From contig JBBRLQ010000005.1 in NCBI GenBank assembly GCA_038231275.1, positions 192,001 to 256,000 of the forward strand: a stretch of 64,000 nt of DNA. The letters are read 5' to 3'. Positions 28,670 to 38,326 of the stretch are shown piece after piece. The stretch is from Polyangiales bacterium. Lineage in GTDB: Bacteria; Myxococcota_A; Polyangia; Polyangiales; Polyangiaceae. The position numbers were made by a program, and so were the translations under genes. Numbering within the stretch: position 1 is the stretch's first letter; each line of letters opens with the position of its first letter. The notes beneath the pieces are model-generated. The model saw only the letters and a list, made by a program, of their open reading frames with translations. It was not told the DNA's origin and ran no database searches.

Positions 28670-29404
28670 TCAGAAGCGCATGCCGCCGGTCGCGAACAGG
28701 CCGAAGGACGGATCGCCGCCCTTCGTCGCGATGACCAGCTTGGTGTCTCCGCCGACGTAGAAGCTCGATCGCGGGATCGCGTACGTGACGGTGCATCCCG
28801 GCCAGAACGCGAGCGACGTCGACGAGTCGCTCTGGCTCTGGTCGCCTTGGGAGAGCGTGATCATCGAGAGGATCAGCCCGACGCCCCCGTAGGGCCGGAT
28901 CACGACGGGCCCGAGCGGGAGCTCGTAGCCGACCTCGGCGCCGGTGTAGAGGAAGCGCGCGCTCGATCCGCTCTTGCCGCCGGGGCCGTCGCTCTCGTCG
29001 GACGTCCCGAGGTGGAAGACGAACGCCGCGCCGACGTAGAGGTGATTCTCGAACGTGTATCCGCCGCGCGCCCCCATGCCGAGCTTCAACGCGGCCGACG
29101 CGTAGCCGAGGACCGGCGCTACGCTGATCGGCTTCGGCGTCGCGTGCTCCGCGTCTTCGGTGGCGGGAGCGTCGGTCGCAGGGGCGCGCGCCGACGTCAC
29201 GCTCGTCGACGCGGCCTTCGTCTCCGGCTCGCGCTGCGCCTCTGCTTCACGCTCGGTCCGCGCGTCCGTGACGACGACGTCCGACTTCTTCGGCTTCGCC
29301 TCCGCCGCTGGCCGCTTCGAGCTCTTCTTCCCCGCGGCGTGCGCCGTCGGAGCCAAGAGCGCCAGGATCGCCACCACCAAGATGCCCGTCGTCGTGCTTT
29401 TCAT
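28670..29404 (-). CDS. outer-membrane beta-barrel protein (small, about 8 strands)
   Basis: Signal AHA; GARGGY, GAEVGY, RPYGGVG; terminal GMRF. Confidence 0.8.
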   Translation of the reverse strand: MKSTTTGILVVAILALLAPTAHAAGKKSSKRPAAEAKPKKSDVVVTDARTEREAEAQREPETKAASTSVTSARAPATDAPATEDAEHATPKPISVAPVLGYASAALKLGMGARGGYTFENHLYVGAAFVFHLGTSDESDGPGGKSGSSARFLYTGAEVGYELPLGPVVIRPYGGVGLILSMITLSQGDQSQSDSSTSLAFWPGCTVTYAIPRSSFYVGGDTKLVIATKGGDPSFGLFATGGMRF

Positions 29405-29552
29405 GTCGTCCTCCGCCGACACGACACGGCGCCGCGCGTTCGTCGCGCGTCTGCGCGCCTCCGCGAGGTCGATTTATTTTTGCGACGCCCGGCGACGCCC
29501 GTGTCTTGTCGCCGGCCCCGCGAGAACCGCGAGCGGCCAGGAGGAGCTTCCC

Positions 29553-30479
29553 ATGAAAAAGTTTGGTCTTTTGGGCGTTGCGGTCGCGGGCGTGATGGCC
29601 GTGGGTGGGTGCAGCAGCACCAGCAGCAACGGCGGTGGCGTGGGCGGGACGAGCGTGCAGACGAGCGCGGCACGCGCGCGCTTCGCGGGAGGACCCACGG
29701 CGTCGTTCACCGCGGCGAACGGCTCACGCGCGCTCTCGGAGACGAAGCGGCAGCAGACGAGCGGCGCCGACGCGATGAAGAGCAACCCGATCGGCGGTGG
29801 GAGCGGCACCACGACGACCCGAGGCCTCGCGTTTCGTTCGCTCGGGATCCTCGACGTCGACGCCGGCGGCGGCGGCTCCAGCTCGCCGTCCTCGTGCGCG
29901 GACATCGCGGCAGGCAAAGACAAGGGCACCTGCGCGTGCACGGGCGGAGGCAGCCTCGCCTACGACGTCCCCAACCTGAAGGCGCTCACGTCGCAGGCGC
30001 AGGGCGGCGTGATGCCCGACGAGATCAGCATCTCGCTCACGTACCAGGCGTGCTCGATGGACGGGAAGGCGTACGGCGGCGCGATGTCGATGCTCATGAG
30101 CAAGAAGAGCGTCGTCAACGTCGGGACGCCCGTCCCGAGCGGCGTGCCGAGCGGCGCGGGCGGCGCGGGCGGGCTCAATATGCTCATCGTCGCCAACGAT
30201 CTCACCATCGACAGCCAGAAGCTCGACTTCGCCTTCGCGATGGAGGGCGGCGTCTTCTACTACGCGCCGAGCGTGGACGACAAAGGCGCCTTCGTCCTCA
30301 GCGAGCTCTCGTTCACCGGCGGCACGAAGATCCACGCGAAGAACGGCACGTTCGACTGCGCCACCGACGGCAGCGGCGCGCAGCAATGCACGAGCGACAC
30401 CGGCGAGACGATCCCCGTCGACCCCGGCACCGGCGGGGGCACCGTCCCCGCGGACGACGCCGGCCTCGGCGGAGACTGA
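29553..30479 (+). CDS. lipoprotein, hypothetical
   Basis: RBS GGAGGAG; MKKFGLLGVAVAGVMAVGGC. Confidence 0.8.
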   Translation: MKKFGLLGVAVAGVMAVGGCSSTSSNGGGVGGTSVQTSAARARFAGGPTASFTAANGSRALSETKRQQTSGADAMKSNPIGGGSGTTTTRGLAFRSLGILDVDAGGGGSSSPSSCADIAAGKDKGTCACTGGGSLAYDVPNLKALTSQAQGGVMPDEISISLTYQACSMDGKAYGGAMSMLMSKKSVVNVGTPVPSGVPSGAGGAGGLNMLIVANDLTIDSQKLDFAFAMEGGVFYYAPSVDDKGAFVLSELSFTGGTKIHAKNGTFDCATDGSGAQQCTSDTGETIPVDPGTGGGTVPADDAGLGGD

Positions 30480-30571
30480 CCGCAGAGGCGCCACCTCGCG
30501 CGCGCCGAAGAGAGAGCGAGAAACACGCCGACTGCGACGAGCCGTACCCACCCGCGAAGAGGAGTCGTTCC

Positions 30572-32086
30572 ATGCGCTTCATGATCCCCGTCCTCGCTGT
30601 CTTCCCGGTGTTCGCGCTGGCGGCGCCGGGTTGCAGCACCGGCATCGTCGACGATCCCACCGGCCAGGTCGCGGCCACCGTCGACGCGACCTCGCCGTTC
30701 GAACGCAAAGTCATGCTCCTCGTCGTCGATCCGGTCCTCTCGTCGCAGGGCGGACAGCGGCTCACCCAGTACAAGCGGTGGGACAGCCCCACGCCTGCCG
30801 CGCGCGCGCAGCAGCTCGTCGATTGGCTCCGCACGGCGAGCCGGGGGCGCGTCAATTACAAGGTCGTGGAGTCGAACACGAGCGACGCGCTCCCGCCGAA
30901 GGTCGGCGGCTTCATGTACGACGAGGCGACGTACCTCGCGGTGCTCGACGGTCGGGCGCAACACCACGAGCCGGACTGGGCCGACTACATGCCGCTCGTC
31001 ACCGCGTTCGACGTCTGCGGCAAAGCGAACCGCGGAGACATCGACGAGGTCTGGATGTTCGGTGGCCCGTGGATGGGGTTCTACGAGTCGCGCCTCGCGG
31101 GGCCGGGCGCCTTCGACATGAACGGCGCCGTTCTCCTCGGCACGACGTGCCGCCGCATCGTGCCCTTCATGGGGTTCTCGTACGAGGTCGGCCTCGCGAA
31201 CATGGTCCACGACTTCGGCCATCGCACCGAGAGGACGATGATGCACCTCTACGGCAGCTGGGACGAGGACAGCGTCGGCCACGCCTGGGACCGCTTCGGG
31301 CTCGACGTCGCGGAGTCACCGGGGATCGGCCTGAGCGGGTGCGGGCGGATCCATCGCCCCCCGAACTCCGGCGCGGCCGAGGGCATCTACGACAGCGCCG
31401 ACGTCGCGCGATCCTTCTGCGACGATTTTCTCCACTACCCGAACCTGCGCGCGCCCGCCGACGCGGCGGTCCCGATCACGTGCAGCGCATGGGGCTGCAG
31501 CGAGCTCGGCTACTACGCGTACTGGTTCGCGCACCTTCCGCACTTTTCGGGGATGGGGCCGGATGGAAAGGCGAACGATTGGTGGCCCTACATCGCAGAC
31601 TCCAGCACGGCGACCACCGCCGCGCCGCCCGCAGGCTGTCGAACCTTCGACGGCGACGAGCGCACGTGCAGCGCGCGCGCGGGGTGCGCGTTCTACCAAT
31701 GCTCACAGGCCTGCTACCCGCGCGGGACGTCGAACAACCTCGCGTGCGGCGCGCCGCCGCCCCCGTCGCCACCGAATCCTCAGCCCTCGCCGTCTCCAAC
31801 CCCTCCCGCTCCTCCATCGCCGCCGCCACCGCCGCCTCCGCCGGTGAGGTGCCGCGCTCACGACGGGAACGTGGGCGGCTGCGACGCGCAGTCCGGTTGC
31901 GCGTACTACGCGTGCTCGAGCCAGTGCTGGCCGACGGGCACACCGAACGCCACGGCGTGCCCCCCGGCCTGCCGCGCGAACGACGGCAACCTCGCCGCGT
32001 GCGACGCGCAGACGGGTTGCGCCTTCTACCTCTGCTCCAACACATGCTGGCCGAACGGCACGCCGAACGGCGTCGCCTGCCCGTGA
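30572..32086 (+). CDS. lipoprotein with zincin-like domain (HDFGH) and three 37-aa six-Cys repeats
   Basis: APGC lipobox-like; IDEVWMFG, MVHDFGHRTE; repeats at 31637-31747, 31850-31960 and 31970-32080; poly-Pro linker. Confidence 0.75.
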   Translation: MRFMIPVLAVFPVFALAAPGCSTGIVDDPTGQVAATVDATSPFERKVMLLVVDPVLSSQGGQRLTQYKRWDSPTPAARAQQLVDWLRTASRGRVNYKVVESNTSDALPPKVGGFMYDEATYLAVLDGRAQHHEPDWADYMPLVTAFDVCGKANRGDIDEVWMFGGPWMGFYESRLAGPGAFDMNGAVLLGTTCRRIVPFMGFSYEVGLANMVHDFGHRTERTMMHLYGSWDEDSVGHAWDRFGLDVAESPGIGLSGCGRIHRPPNSGAAEGIYDSADVARSFCDDFLHYPNLRAPADAAVPITCSAWGCSELGYYAYWFAHLPHFSGMGPDGKANDWWPYIADSSTATTAAPPAGCRTFDGDERTCSARAGCAFYQCSQACYPRGTSNNLACGAPPPPSPPNPQPSPSPTPPAPPSPPPPPPPPVRCRAHDGNVGGCDAQSGCAYYACSSQCWPTGTPNATACPPACRANDGNLAACDAQTGCAFYLCSNTCWPNGTPNGVACP

Positions 32087-32145
32087 GTCGGGTAACGCGG
32101 CGAGGCCCTTGCGCTCCGAGCACGAGGAGAGCCAGGAGCGATACG

Positions 32146-32394
32146 TCAGGACGTTTCGCGCCCGCGGACCTCGGTGGCCTCGACGGCCAGCACGGCGCGG
32201 TAGATCGCACTGAAGATCTCTTCCTGCCGCCGCCGCCTCCGCGTCCCGACGCTCGGCGGCCCGCTCGGCGGGGGCGGCGTGATCGCGAGCGCCATCTTCA
32301 CGACGAGGACGCTTCCGCAGAGGGCCGTCCCCGCGCCGAGGACGGTGCTCGCCACGATGCCGACGTACTCGAGGAGATAGAGGGTGTTGCTCAC
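32146..32394 (-). CDS. small membrane protein
   Basis: GTG start; one long hydrophobic segment followed by PPPPSGPP and RRRRR. Confidence 0.45.
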   Translation of the reverse strand: MSNTLYLLEYVGIVASTVLGAGTALCGSVLVVKMALAITPPPPSGPPSVGTRRRRRQEEIFSAIYRAVLAVEATEVRGRETS

Positions 32395-32549
32395 GATGCC
32401 TGCCTTTCCGGGTTGTCCCCCCATCGGCACGACACGGCGACGGTTGCGTACATTCGGACGCGCGCCGCGCTGGACGCGACCCCTCTGCCGTGGCACCAGG
32501 AAGGCGGGGCATGCCGGGCCCCGGCGTTTTCCGTTCCACGGGTGTCCGC

Positions 32550-33284
32550 ATGCGAGCTCCTCTTCTTCTCTCCGCCGCCGCGGTCGTCGCGCTCGTCGCG
32601 TGGCTGATGCCGGCGTGCGGGATCGTCGCGACGATCCCCGGTGACGGCGCCGACGCGGCCAGCTCCGTCGATGGCGCGGCGCGTGTCGATGCGGGCGGCG
32701 ACGCGACCGCGGAGGTGGACGGGTCGTCGACGACGCCTGACAGTGGCTGCACGGGAACCGGCCCATGTGCGTGCGCCGGACCGCAACCTTCCTGCTACTG
32801 CGGCGCGGTGTGCCTGAACGGCGCGTGGCACTGCAACGGGTGCCCGACGATGTGTGCCGGCGACAAGCCGCGCCTCGTCGTGAACGGCACCGACGTCCCG
32901 ATCCTCCAGACCGCTGGCAAATCGATCGTGATGAACTGCTGCGACTCGGCGGAGCTGAGCGTGGCGAGCTCCGGCTTCCAGGCGCTCCTGAACCTGCTTT
33001 GGCGCGCGCCGGCGGGGGCCGCTGGAACCGCGACGCTGGATCTGTCGAACCTGCCGCCCTCCGCGAGCGTGGAGCTCGATCTCGGGTGCGATCCGTCCAA
33101 GGGCCCGTGCGGCGCCGGGACCGAGGACAGGTACACCAGCGGATTTCAGGGGACGATCACGCACTCGATCGATCCTTCGGGCCCGGTCGTTACGTATTGC
33201 GTGTCGGTCGCCGAGACGGCGGGCAGCCCTCATCCCGTGCTCCACTCCGTCCAGCTCTACGCGCCGAAGGTCCCGTCGCCCTGA
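32550..33284 (+). CDS. Cys-rich lipoprotein
   Basis: LMPAC lipobox-like; D-A/G-rich linker; Cys cluster. Confidence 0.75.
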   Translation: MRAPLLLSAAAVVALVAWLMPACGIVATIPGDGADAASSVDGAARVDAGGDATAEVDGSSTTPDSGCTGTGPCACAGPQPSCYCGAVCLNGAWHCNGCPTMCAGDKPRLVVNGTDVPILQTAGKSIVMNCCDSAELSVASSGFQALLNLLWRAPAGAAGTATLDLSNLPPSASVELDLGCDPSKGPCGAGTEDRYTSGFQGTITHSIDPSGPVVTYCVSVAETAGSPHPVLHSVQLYAPKVPSP

Positions 33285-33297
33285 GCGCGCTCCACCG

Positions 33298-34431
33298 ATG
33301 AAAGAATGGCGCTCCAAGCTCTTCGTGTCGTTGACGCTCGGCGTGGCCGCCGCTGCGCTCCTCGTGCGCGCCGCGCATCGTTCCGGTGACGTCCTGCCGC
33401 CGGCTCCGTCCGCCTCCGCCGTCCCGGCGACCGTCATCGATGCGAACGCGTACGCCGCGCCGCTCGACGCGAGGAGCGCGGACGCGGACTGGGAAGAAGC
33501 ATCGGCAGCCGACGCGGCCGACCTGTGCGCGCGCTTTGCCGAACGCAGCGCCGCCGCGCTCTCCGGCGTGCGCGGACGGCTCCACGAAGCCAACAAGAAG
33601 CTACCGGAGCTCTGCGTGACCACGCCACGCGCGACGTGGGCGCTCGTCGTGGAGCACGCGGCCGAGGGGTCGCCGTCGAGCGAGCCGGACGGCACCGGTG
33701 TCGGCATCGCCGTCGCGCTCCTGCACATCGACGCCAACGCCAGAGAGACCCGCGTGCTCCCGTCCGAAGCGCTTCACGACACGTGGAGCGTCGCGAGCGG
33801 CTCGTTCATCGGCAACGTGTCTTTGGCGCCGTCGTGGGGGTCGGTCGACCTGACCTTGCTGACCGCCTACGACTACGACGGCGACGGCGATCCGGAGATC
33901 GTCCTCGAAGGAACCGGCGCCGACGAAGGACCCGATCGCAACACCACCGAGGCGTGGACGTTCCGCGACGGAAAGATCATCCCGTTCGCGCCGCTCGCGG
34001 CCGTCACGATCCTCCGCGTCGAGGATCTTGATCACGACGCGCGTCCGGATCTGATCACCCGCGGCCCCTACGCAGGCGTCCGCGCCGTGAGCGGCGTCGG
34101 GGGAGACTATCCCATCGCCCCGCCGTTCTTCGCAATGCACTCGCTCCCCGGTGGTGTGTTCTCGCGGGACGACGCCGTCGCACGCGCGTTCGGAGCTTCC
34201 CACTGCGCGGCCAAGCCGACGCTCGATCTCACGGGCCCCAACGTCTCGAGGCAGTTCACCGAAGACGTCGCCGAGCGCGTCGTGTGCGCGAAGCTTTGGG
34301 GCGCCACGGCTGCGGAGATCCGACGCGCGTGGGACAAGGTCTGCGCCGGCGTCGATGCGGGCAACGACTACGAGTGCCAAACGTGGCCGAAGGAGCTCGG
34401 CGCGATCGCGCCTCCGTTCGTCCTCAAGTAG
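33298..34431 (+). CDS. secreted/membrane-anchored protein with DxDGDG (FG-GAP-like Ca-binding) motifs
   Basis: N-terminal TM; DYDGDGDPEI, DLDHDARPDL. Confidence 0.7.
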   Translation: MKEWRSKLFVSLTLGVAAAALLVRAAHRSGDVLPPAPSASAVPATVIDANAYAAPLDARSADADWEEASAADAADLCARFAERSAAALSGVRGRLHEANKKLPELCVTTPRATWALVVEHAAEGSPSSEPDGTGVGIAVALLHIDANARETRVLPSEALHDTWSVASGSFIGNVSLAPSWGSVDLTLLTAYDYDGDGDPEIVLEGTGADEGPDRNTTEAWTFRDGKIIPFAPLAAVTILRVEDLDHDARPDLITRGPYAGVRAVSGVGGDYPIAPPFFAMHSLPGGVFSRDDAVARAFGASHCAAKPTLDLTGPNVSRQFTEDVAERVVCAKLWGATAAEIRRAWDKVCAGVDAGNDYECQTWPKELGAIAPPFVLK

Positions 34432-34450
34432 GCAGGCCCGCGTCCCTCGG

Positions 34451-35866
34451 CTACTTGCGGTACGCCTCGGGGTCGAGCCCGAAGCGCCGCATCCAGCGGT
34501 GGACCTGCATCCGCGTCTTGCCCATCGAGCGCGCCACTTCGCTCACGTTTCCGTGGGTCGCCGCGAGGGTCTCCTCGACCTTCGTCTTGAGGAGATTCTC
34601 CTCTTCCGTCAGGGGTCTCGTCGACACGCCCTCGGTCGACGACGACTCCGCCACGCGCGCGGGCCGGCTGTTTCGGATTGGCTCGGGGAGGTGCTTGACG
34701 TCGAGCGGGCCTTCCTCCGCGAACACGGCGGCGGCCTTGAGCGCGTGAAGGAGCTCCCGGACGTTCAGCGGCCAGTCGAAGTGGTAGAGCGCGCGCCCGA
34801 ACGCCGGCGTCACGCGGACGTCGCGGCTCGGCGCGAGGCGCTCGAGGAGATCGGCGATCAGCATCCCGAGGTCCTCTTTGCGGTCGCGGAGCGGCGCCAG
34901 GTGATGCGTGTATCCTGCAACTCGCGCGTAGAGGTCGCTACGGAACGCGTCCGACGCGCCGAGGTCGACGCGCCGGTGGGTGGCGGAGACGACGCGCAGG
35001 TCCACCTTGGTCGCCTTCGTGCTGCCGACCGGAGTGACCTCGCGCTCTTGCAAAACGCGGAGGAGCGCGGCCTGGCTGGTCCGCGGAAGATCGCCGATCT
35101 CGTCGAGGAAGAGCGTGCCCTTGTCGCTCGCGCGGACGAAGCCCGGCTCGTCGCGCAGCGCGCCCGAGAAGGCCCCCTTGATGTGTCCGAAGAGCTGTCC
35201 CTCGACGAGGTTCTCGGGGATGCCTCCGCAGTTCACCGCGACGAGATCGCCTTTGCGCCCGCTCACGGCGTGGATGCCCGCCGCGAGGACCTCTTTGCCG
35301 GAGCCGCTCTCGCCGAGGAGGAGGATCGGCATCTCGGTGATCGCCATTTGGAGCAGCGCGCGCATCAGGCGCGAGTACGAAGGCAGGAGCGTCGCGAAGC
35401 CGTGCGCGCGGCCGCCGAGCGAGTGGCTCTCGACGTTCGGCGTGGCATCGGCGGGCGTGGGCAGCTCGTGGCGGACCACGAAGAGCGTGCTCCCGAGCTC
35501 GAAGAGCTCCGCGTCGTCGACATCGGCGCGCGGGACCTTCGCGCCGCTCACGTAGGTGCCGTTCGTCGAGCCGAGATCGACGACCTCCCATCCGTCGTTC
35601 GTGCGCGCGAGGCGAGCGTGCGTCCCCGACATGAGCGGGTCCGGAAAGCGGAGCATCAGGCGCGTCGTGCCCCCCTCCTTCTCGCGCGTCGCCGAGCGCG
35701 TCGCGCCGCGTCCGACCACGACCTCGTCGACGCCGTCGAGCGCGTACCGGGCGCCGCCGCTGCGAGGGCGCTGGCACTCGAGGATCACGAAGAGGTGTGG
35801 CCGGGCCGGCTCGTCGTCGCCCGGCATCGCCGTGGGATCGCGCTTCAGCGTCTTCTCCGCGACCAT
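34451..35866 (-). CDS. FHA-domain sigma54-dependent enhancer-binding protein
   Basis: FHA motifs GR...MSGTH...DLGSTNGT; GESGSGKE, GAFSGA, LFLDEIGD; C-terminal Fis-type HTH. Confidence 0.92.
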   Translation of the reverse strand: MVAEKTLKRDPTAMPGDDEPARPHLFVILECQRPRSGGARYALDGVDEVVVGRGATRSATREKEGGTTRLMLRFPDPLMSGTHARLARTNDGWEVVDLGSTNGTYVSGAKVPRADVDDAELFELGSTLFVVRHELPTPADATPNVESHSLGGRAHGFATLLPSYSRLMRALLQMAITEMPILLLGESGSGKEVLAAGIHAVSGRKGDLVAVNCGGIPENLVEGQLFGHIKGAFSGALRDEPGFVRASDKGTLFLDEIGDLPRTSQAALLRVLQEREVTPVGSTKATKVDLRVVSATHRRVDLGASDAFRSDLYARVAGYTHHLAPLRDRKEDLGMLIADLLERLAPSRDVRVTPAFGRALYHFDWPLNVRELLHALKAAAVFAEEGPLDVKHLPEPIRNSRPARVAESSSTEGVSTRPLTEEENLLKTKVEETLAATHGNVSEVARSMGKTRMQVHRWMRRFGLDPEAYRK

Positions 35867-35906
35867 CGCTCCGAGAAAACTATCACAGGCGCACACGTCC
35901 GTGCCT

Positions 35907-36620
35907 TCAGGGCAGGACGCGCAGGACGCCGCCGACGCCGAGGCCGATGCTGGTGCACGCCGGGGAGCCGCCGCGCGCGGCGATGAAGCCGGCGTCGTGC
36001 CACGCGAGCGTGTAGTCGCCGGGCGGGGTGCCGGGCGCGATTTTCACCTTCACCGTGTCGACCTTGCCGACCGGCAGCGCGTTGGGGCAACCGGCGGCGG
36101 AGCCGTCGCCGAACGCGTTCCACTGCAAATCGTCCGGTCCGGAGATGCCAGGGCCGACGTGGCGCGTGCGGCAGTCGATCAATTCGAGCTGGTTTTCGAT
36201 CGTGAAGTGCACCAGATCGAAGGCGATGTGACCGTTGGCCTCGCCCGCCTGGCTGCAGTTCGCGGTTCCGAGCAGGACGATGTCGATGTCGACGATGTCG
36301 CCCGGGTGGCCCTGACCGTTCTCGATGCACACGTCCGGCTCGATGGGCGTGACGTTGCAGTGCTTGGCCATCGGAGTGTCCACGTTCGCGTCGGGCGCGC
36401 CGGCGTCGGCGACCGGAGTCGAGCCGCCGTCCGCTGCAGGAGCGGGCGCGCCGGCGTCGGCGTTCGGAGACGGCGGAGCGGGCGGCGGCGCCGGCGGAGC
36501 AGACGACACGGCGGACGGCACGGGCGCGTTTCCGTCGACAGACGGCGCGCTGCCGCTGCACGCGGCGGTGAGGAGGAGGAGCGACGAGAGCGAGAGGGCG
36601 AGCCCTTTGGAGGTGTTCAT
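35907..36620 (-). CDS. lipoprotein with Pro/Ala linker and beta-sandwich (cohesin-like) domain
   Basis: TAAC lipobox; GHPGDIVDIDI...IAPGTPPGDYTL. Confidence 0.7.
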   Translation of the reverse strand: MNTSKGLALSLSSLLLLTAACSGSAPSVDGNAPVPSAVSSAPPAPPPAPPSPNADAGAPAPAADGGSTPVADAGAPDANVDTPMAKHCNVTPIEPDVCIENGQGHPGDIVDIDIVLLGTANCSQAGEANGHIAFDLVHFTIENQLELIDCRTRHVGPGISGPDDLQWNAFGDGSAAGCPNALPVGKVDTVKVKIAPGTPPGDYTLAWHDAGFIAARGGSPACTSIGLGVGGVLRVLP

Positions 36621-36635
36621 GATGCAGACCCTTAG

Positions 36636-36651
36636 AGCAGCCCGCGTGCCA
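36636..36651 (-). promoter_or_regulatory. sigma54 promoter
   Basis: TGGCACGCGGGCTGCT (GG-N10-GC) upstream of the 36620 start. Confidence 0.75.
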
Positions 36652-36691
36652 CGCGCCTGTCGCGCGAATTCCTCGGAAAAATGGCGCGATT

Positions 36692-36745
36692 GTCACCCGG
36701 CCGGGTGACGTCCGCGGAGGCGATACAGGCGATACAGGGGATACA
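36692..36745. promoter_or_regulatory. candidate enhancer sites: perfect 18-bp palindrome and three 9-bp direct repeats
   Basis: GTCACCCGGCCGGGTGAC (36692-36709); GGCGATACA GGCGATACA GGGGATACA (36719-36745). Confidence 0.6.
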
Positions 36746-36791
36746 CTTCACCCGCTCTTCGCGCGCACCACCCCGTCCCCGTCCTCGAGCG

Positions 36792-37445
36792 CTACCAGCC
36801 TGCCGGCAGTCCGGGGCGAAGGCAGTGCAGCGTACGCGGCGCGCGCATCGACGACACGTCGGCACCGAGAGGCGAACCGTCCGTGCCGCGGAGAACCCCC
36901 TCTTCGGGATCCCACGCGGCGGGCTCGCCGGGGGCGACCGAGCGGGTCCCGCTCTGCCACAGGCCGATGATGTACGTGTGACCTGCGACGCGCGCGCCGA
37001 GTCGCTCGGCGGTGGCGGTCGCGAAGTGCTGGCCGGCCGCGGTGCCGAACGCGCTGCAGCATCGAAACCACACGAGCGCTCCGGGCGCGAGGACGCGTGC
37101 GAGACCGGTCACTTCTTCGTCGAGGTCTCCCGCCGCCGTCGCCACGTCGAGGCGCTCGTCGCCCATCCCCATGTAGCCCCATCCGCCGTGCCCCCAGAGC
37201 TGGAGCTCTTGCACCTTCGCGTCCTCGCGCGCCGCGACGTCGGCGGTCCAGCGAAGTGCTTCGCGCCAACTGCGCGCGCCGAGCGACGCCGACGCGCGCC
37301 CGATGCCGCGGTGCAGCCCCGCCCCCATCCGCCAAAATCGCGTGAGGCCACCGGTGCCCTCCGCGGCTCCGTCGGCGCGACGGGTGATGCGCGGCACTGC
37401 GACCGGCGCGGTGTCGGTGGCGTCGTAGATGACGAGGCGAAGCAT
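36792..37445 (-). CDS. DUF4347/clan CD-like putative His-Cys peptidase
   Basis: ELQLWGHG and VWFRCC motifs. Confidence 0.55.
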   Translation of the reverse strand: MLRLVIYDATDTAPVAVPRITRRADGAAEGTGGLTRFWRMGAGLHRGIGRASASLGARSWREALRWTADVAAREDAKVQELQLWGHGGWGYMGMGDERLDVATAAGDLDEEVTGLARVLAPGALVWFRCCSAFGTAAGQHFATATAERLGARVAGHTYIIGLWQSGTRSVAPGEPAAWDPEEGVLRGTDGSPLGADVSSMRAPRTLHCLRPGLPAGW

Positions 37446-37573
37446 GGCGGGCCCGTCAATCGTGCGGGCGAGAGGGGGAGCTTCGCAAGACGCCGCGAGG
37501 GCTTCGTTCGCGCTCGCGATCCAGGGGTGGAGGCGGTCCACTCGAAGCTACCGAAACCACATGTATGCCTCGT

Positions 37574-37589
37574 CGGCACACCGCGTGCT
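37574..37589 (+). promoter_or_regulatory. possible sigma54 promoter
   Basis: CGGCACACCGCGTGCT (GG-N10-GC) upstream of 37607. Confidence 0.55.
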
Positions 37590-37606
37590 TTGCCCTCGGG
37601 GTTCCC

Positions 37607-38287
37607 ATGAAACGACTCGTACTTCTCTGGGCGGCGGTGATCGGGCTCTCGGCGTGCGGAGCGAGCGATCCGCAAGAGGCCGTCGGCGACAACGGCGCGG
37701 CCAACGAGGAAGCGGATCAGGCCCTCACGGCGTCGGCGGTGCCGCAGAACCTGTACCGCGTCTCGCCGTGCGCCGACCCCTGCCCGTCGAGCATGGCGCA
37801 GCCGGTCGCGCGCGGCGGCACCGTGTACCGCGGCGCGCGGCCCGGCCTGGATGCGATCCGGTACCTGCGCGACGAGCTCGGCGTCCGCACGATCATCGAT
37901 CTCGAGGTCATGCCGTACAACACGCACCCCGAGGACGGCCACGTCGCCACGGCGAACCGCGATCAAGGCGCGCCGCACATGAGCATCGTGCACTACCACA
38001 TGGAGGCGGTCACCCCGCCGCACGACGACGACATCAACCCGCTCCTCGCCGTCCTCAAGAAGGCCTCCGCGAAGAACGGGGCCGCCTACGTGCACTGCGC
38101 GCTCGGGCGTGATCGCACCGGGCTCGTCATCGCGCTGCACCGCGTGATCAACGACGGATGGAAGGCGCAGGACGCGTACGAAGAGTGGCACCAGCACGGC
38201 TTCGACCAGAGCTGGTTCACGAAATTCGAGTTCACCGCCCTCTTCGACTACTTCGAAGATCGCGTCGGATCCGTGAAGCGCCACTGA
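37607..38287 (+). CDS. lipoprotein protein-tyrosine/dual-specificity phosphatase
   Basis: LSAC lipobox; VYRGARP, TIIDL, HCALGRDRTG (CX5R). Confidence 0.85.
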   Translation: MKRLVLLWAAVIGLSACGASDPQEAVGDNGAANEEADQALTASAVPQNLYRVSPCADPCPSSMAQPVARGGTVYRGARPGLDAIRYLRDELGVRTIIDLEVMPYNTHPEDGHVATANRDQGAPHMSIVHYHMEAVTPPHDDDINPLLAVLKKASAKNGAAYVHCALGRDRTGLVIALHRVINDGWKAQDAYEEWHQHGFDQSWFTKFEFTALFDYFEDRVGSVKRH

Positions 38288-38298
38288 GGTCGCCCGCT

Positions 38299-38314
38299 CG
38301 GCACGTGCCCTGCA
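38299..38314 (+). promoter_or_regulatory. possible sigma54 promoter
   Basis: CGGCACGTGCCCTGCA (GG-N10-GC) upstream of 38327. Confidence 0.55.
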
Positions 38315-38326
38315 ACTCATGGGGGC

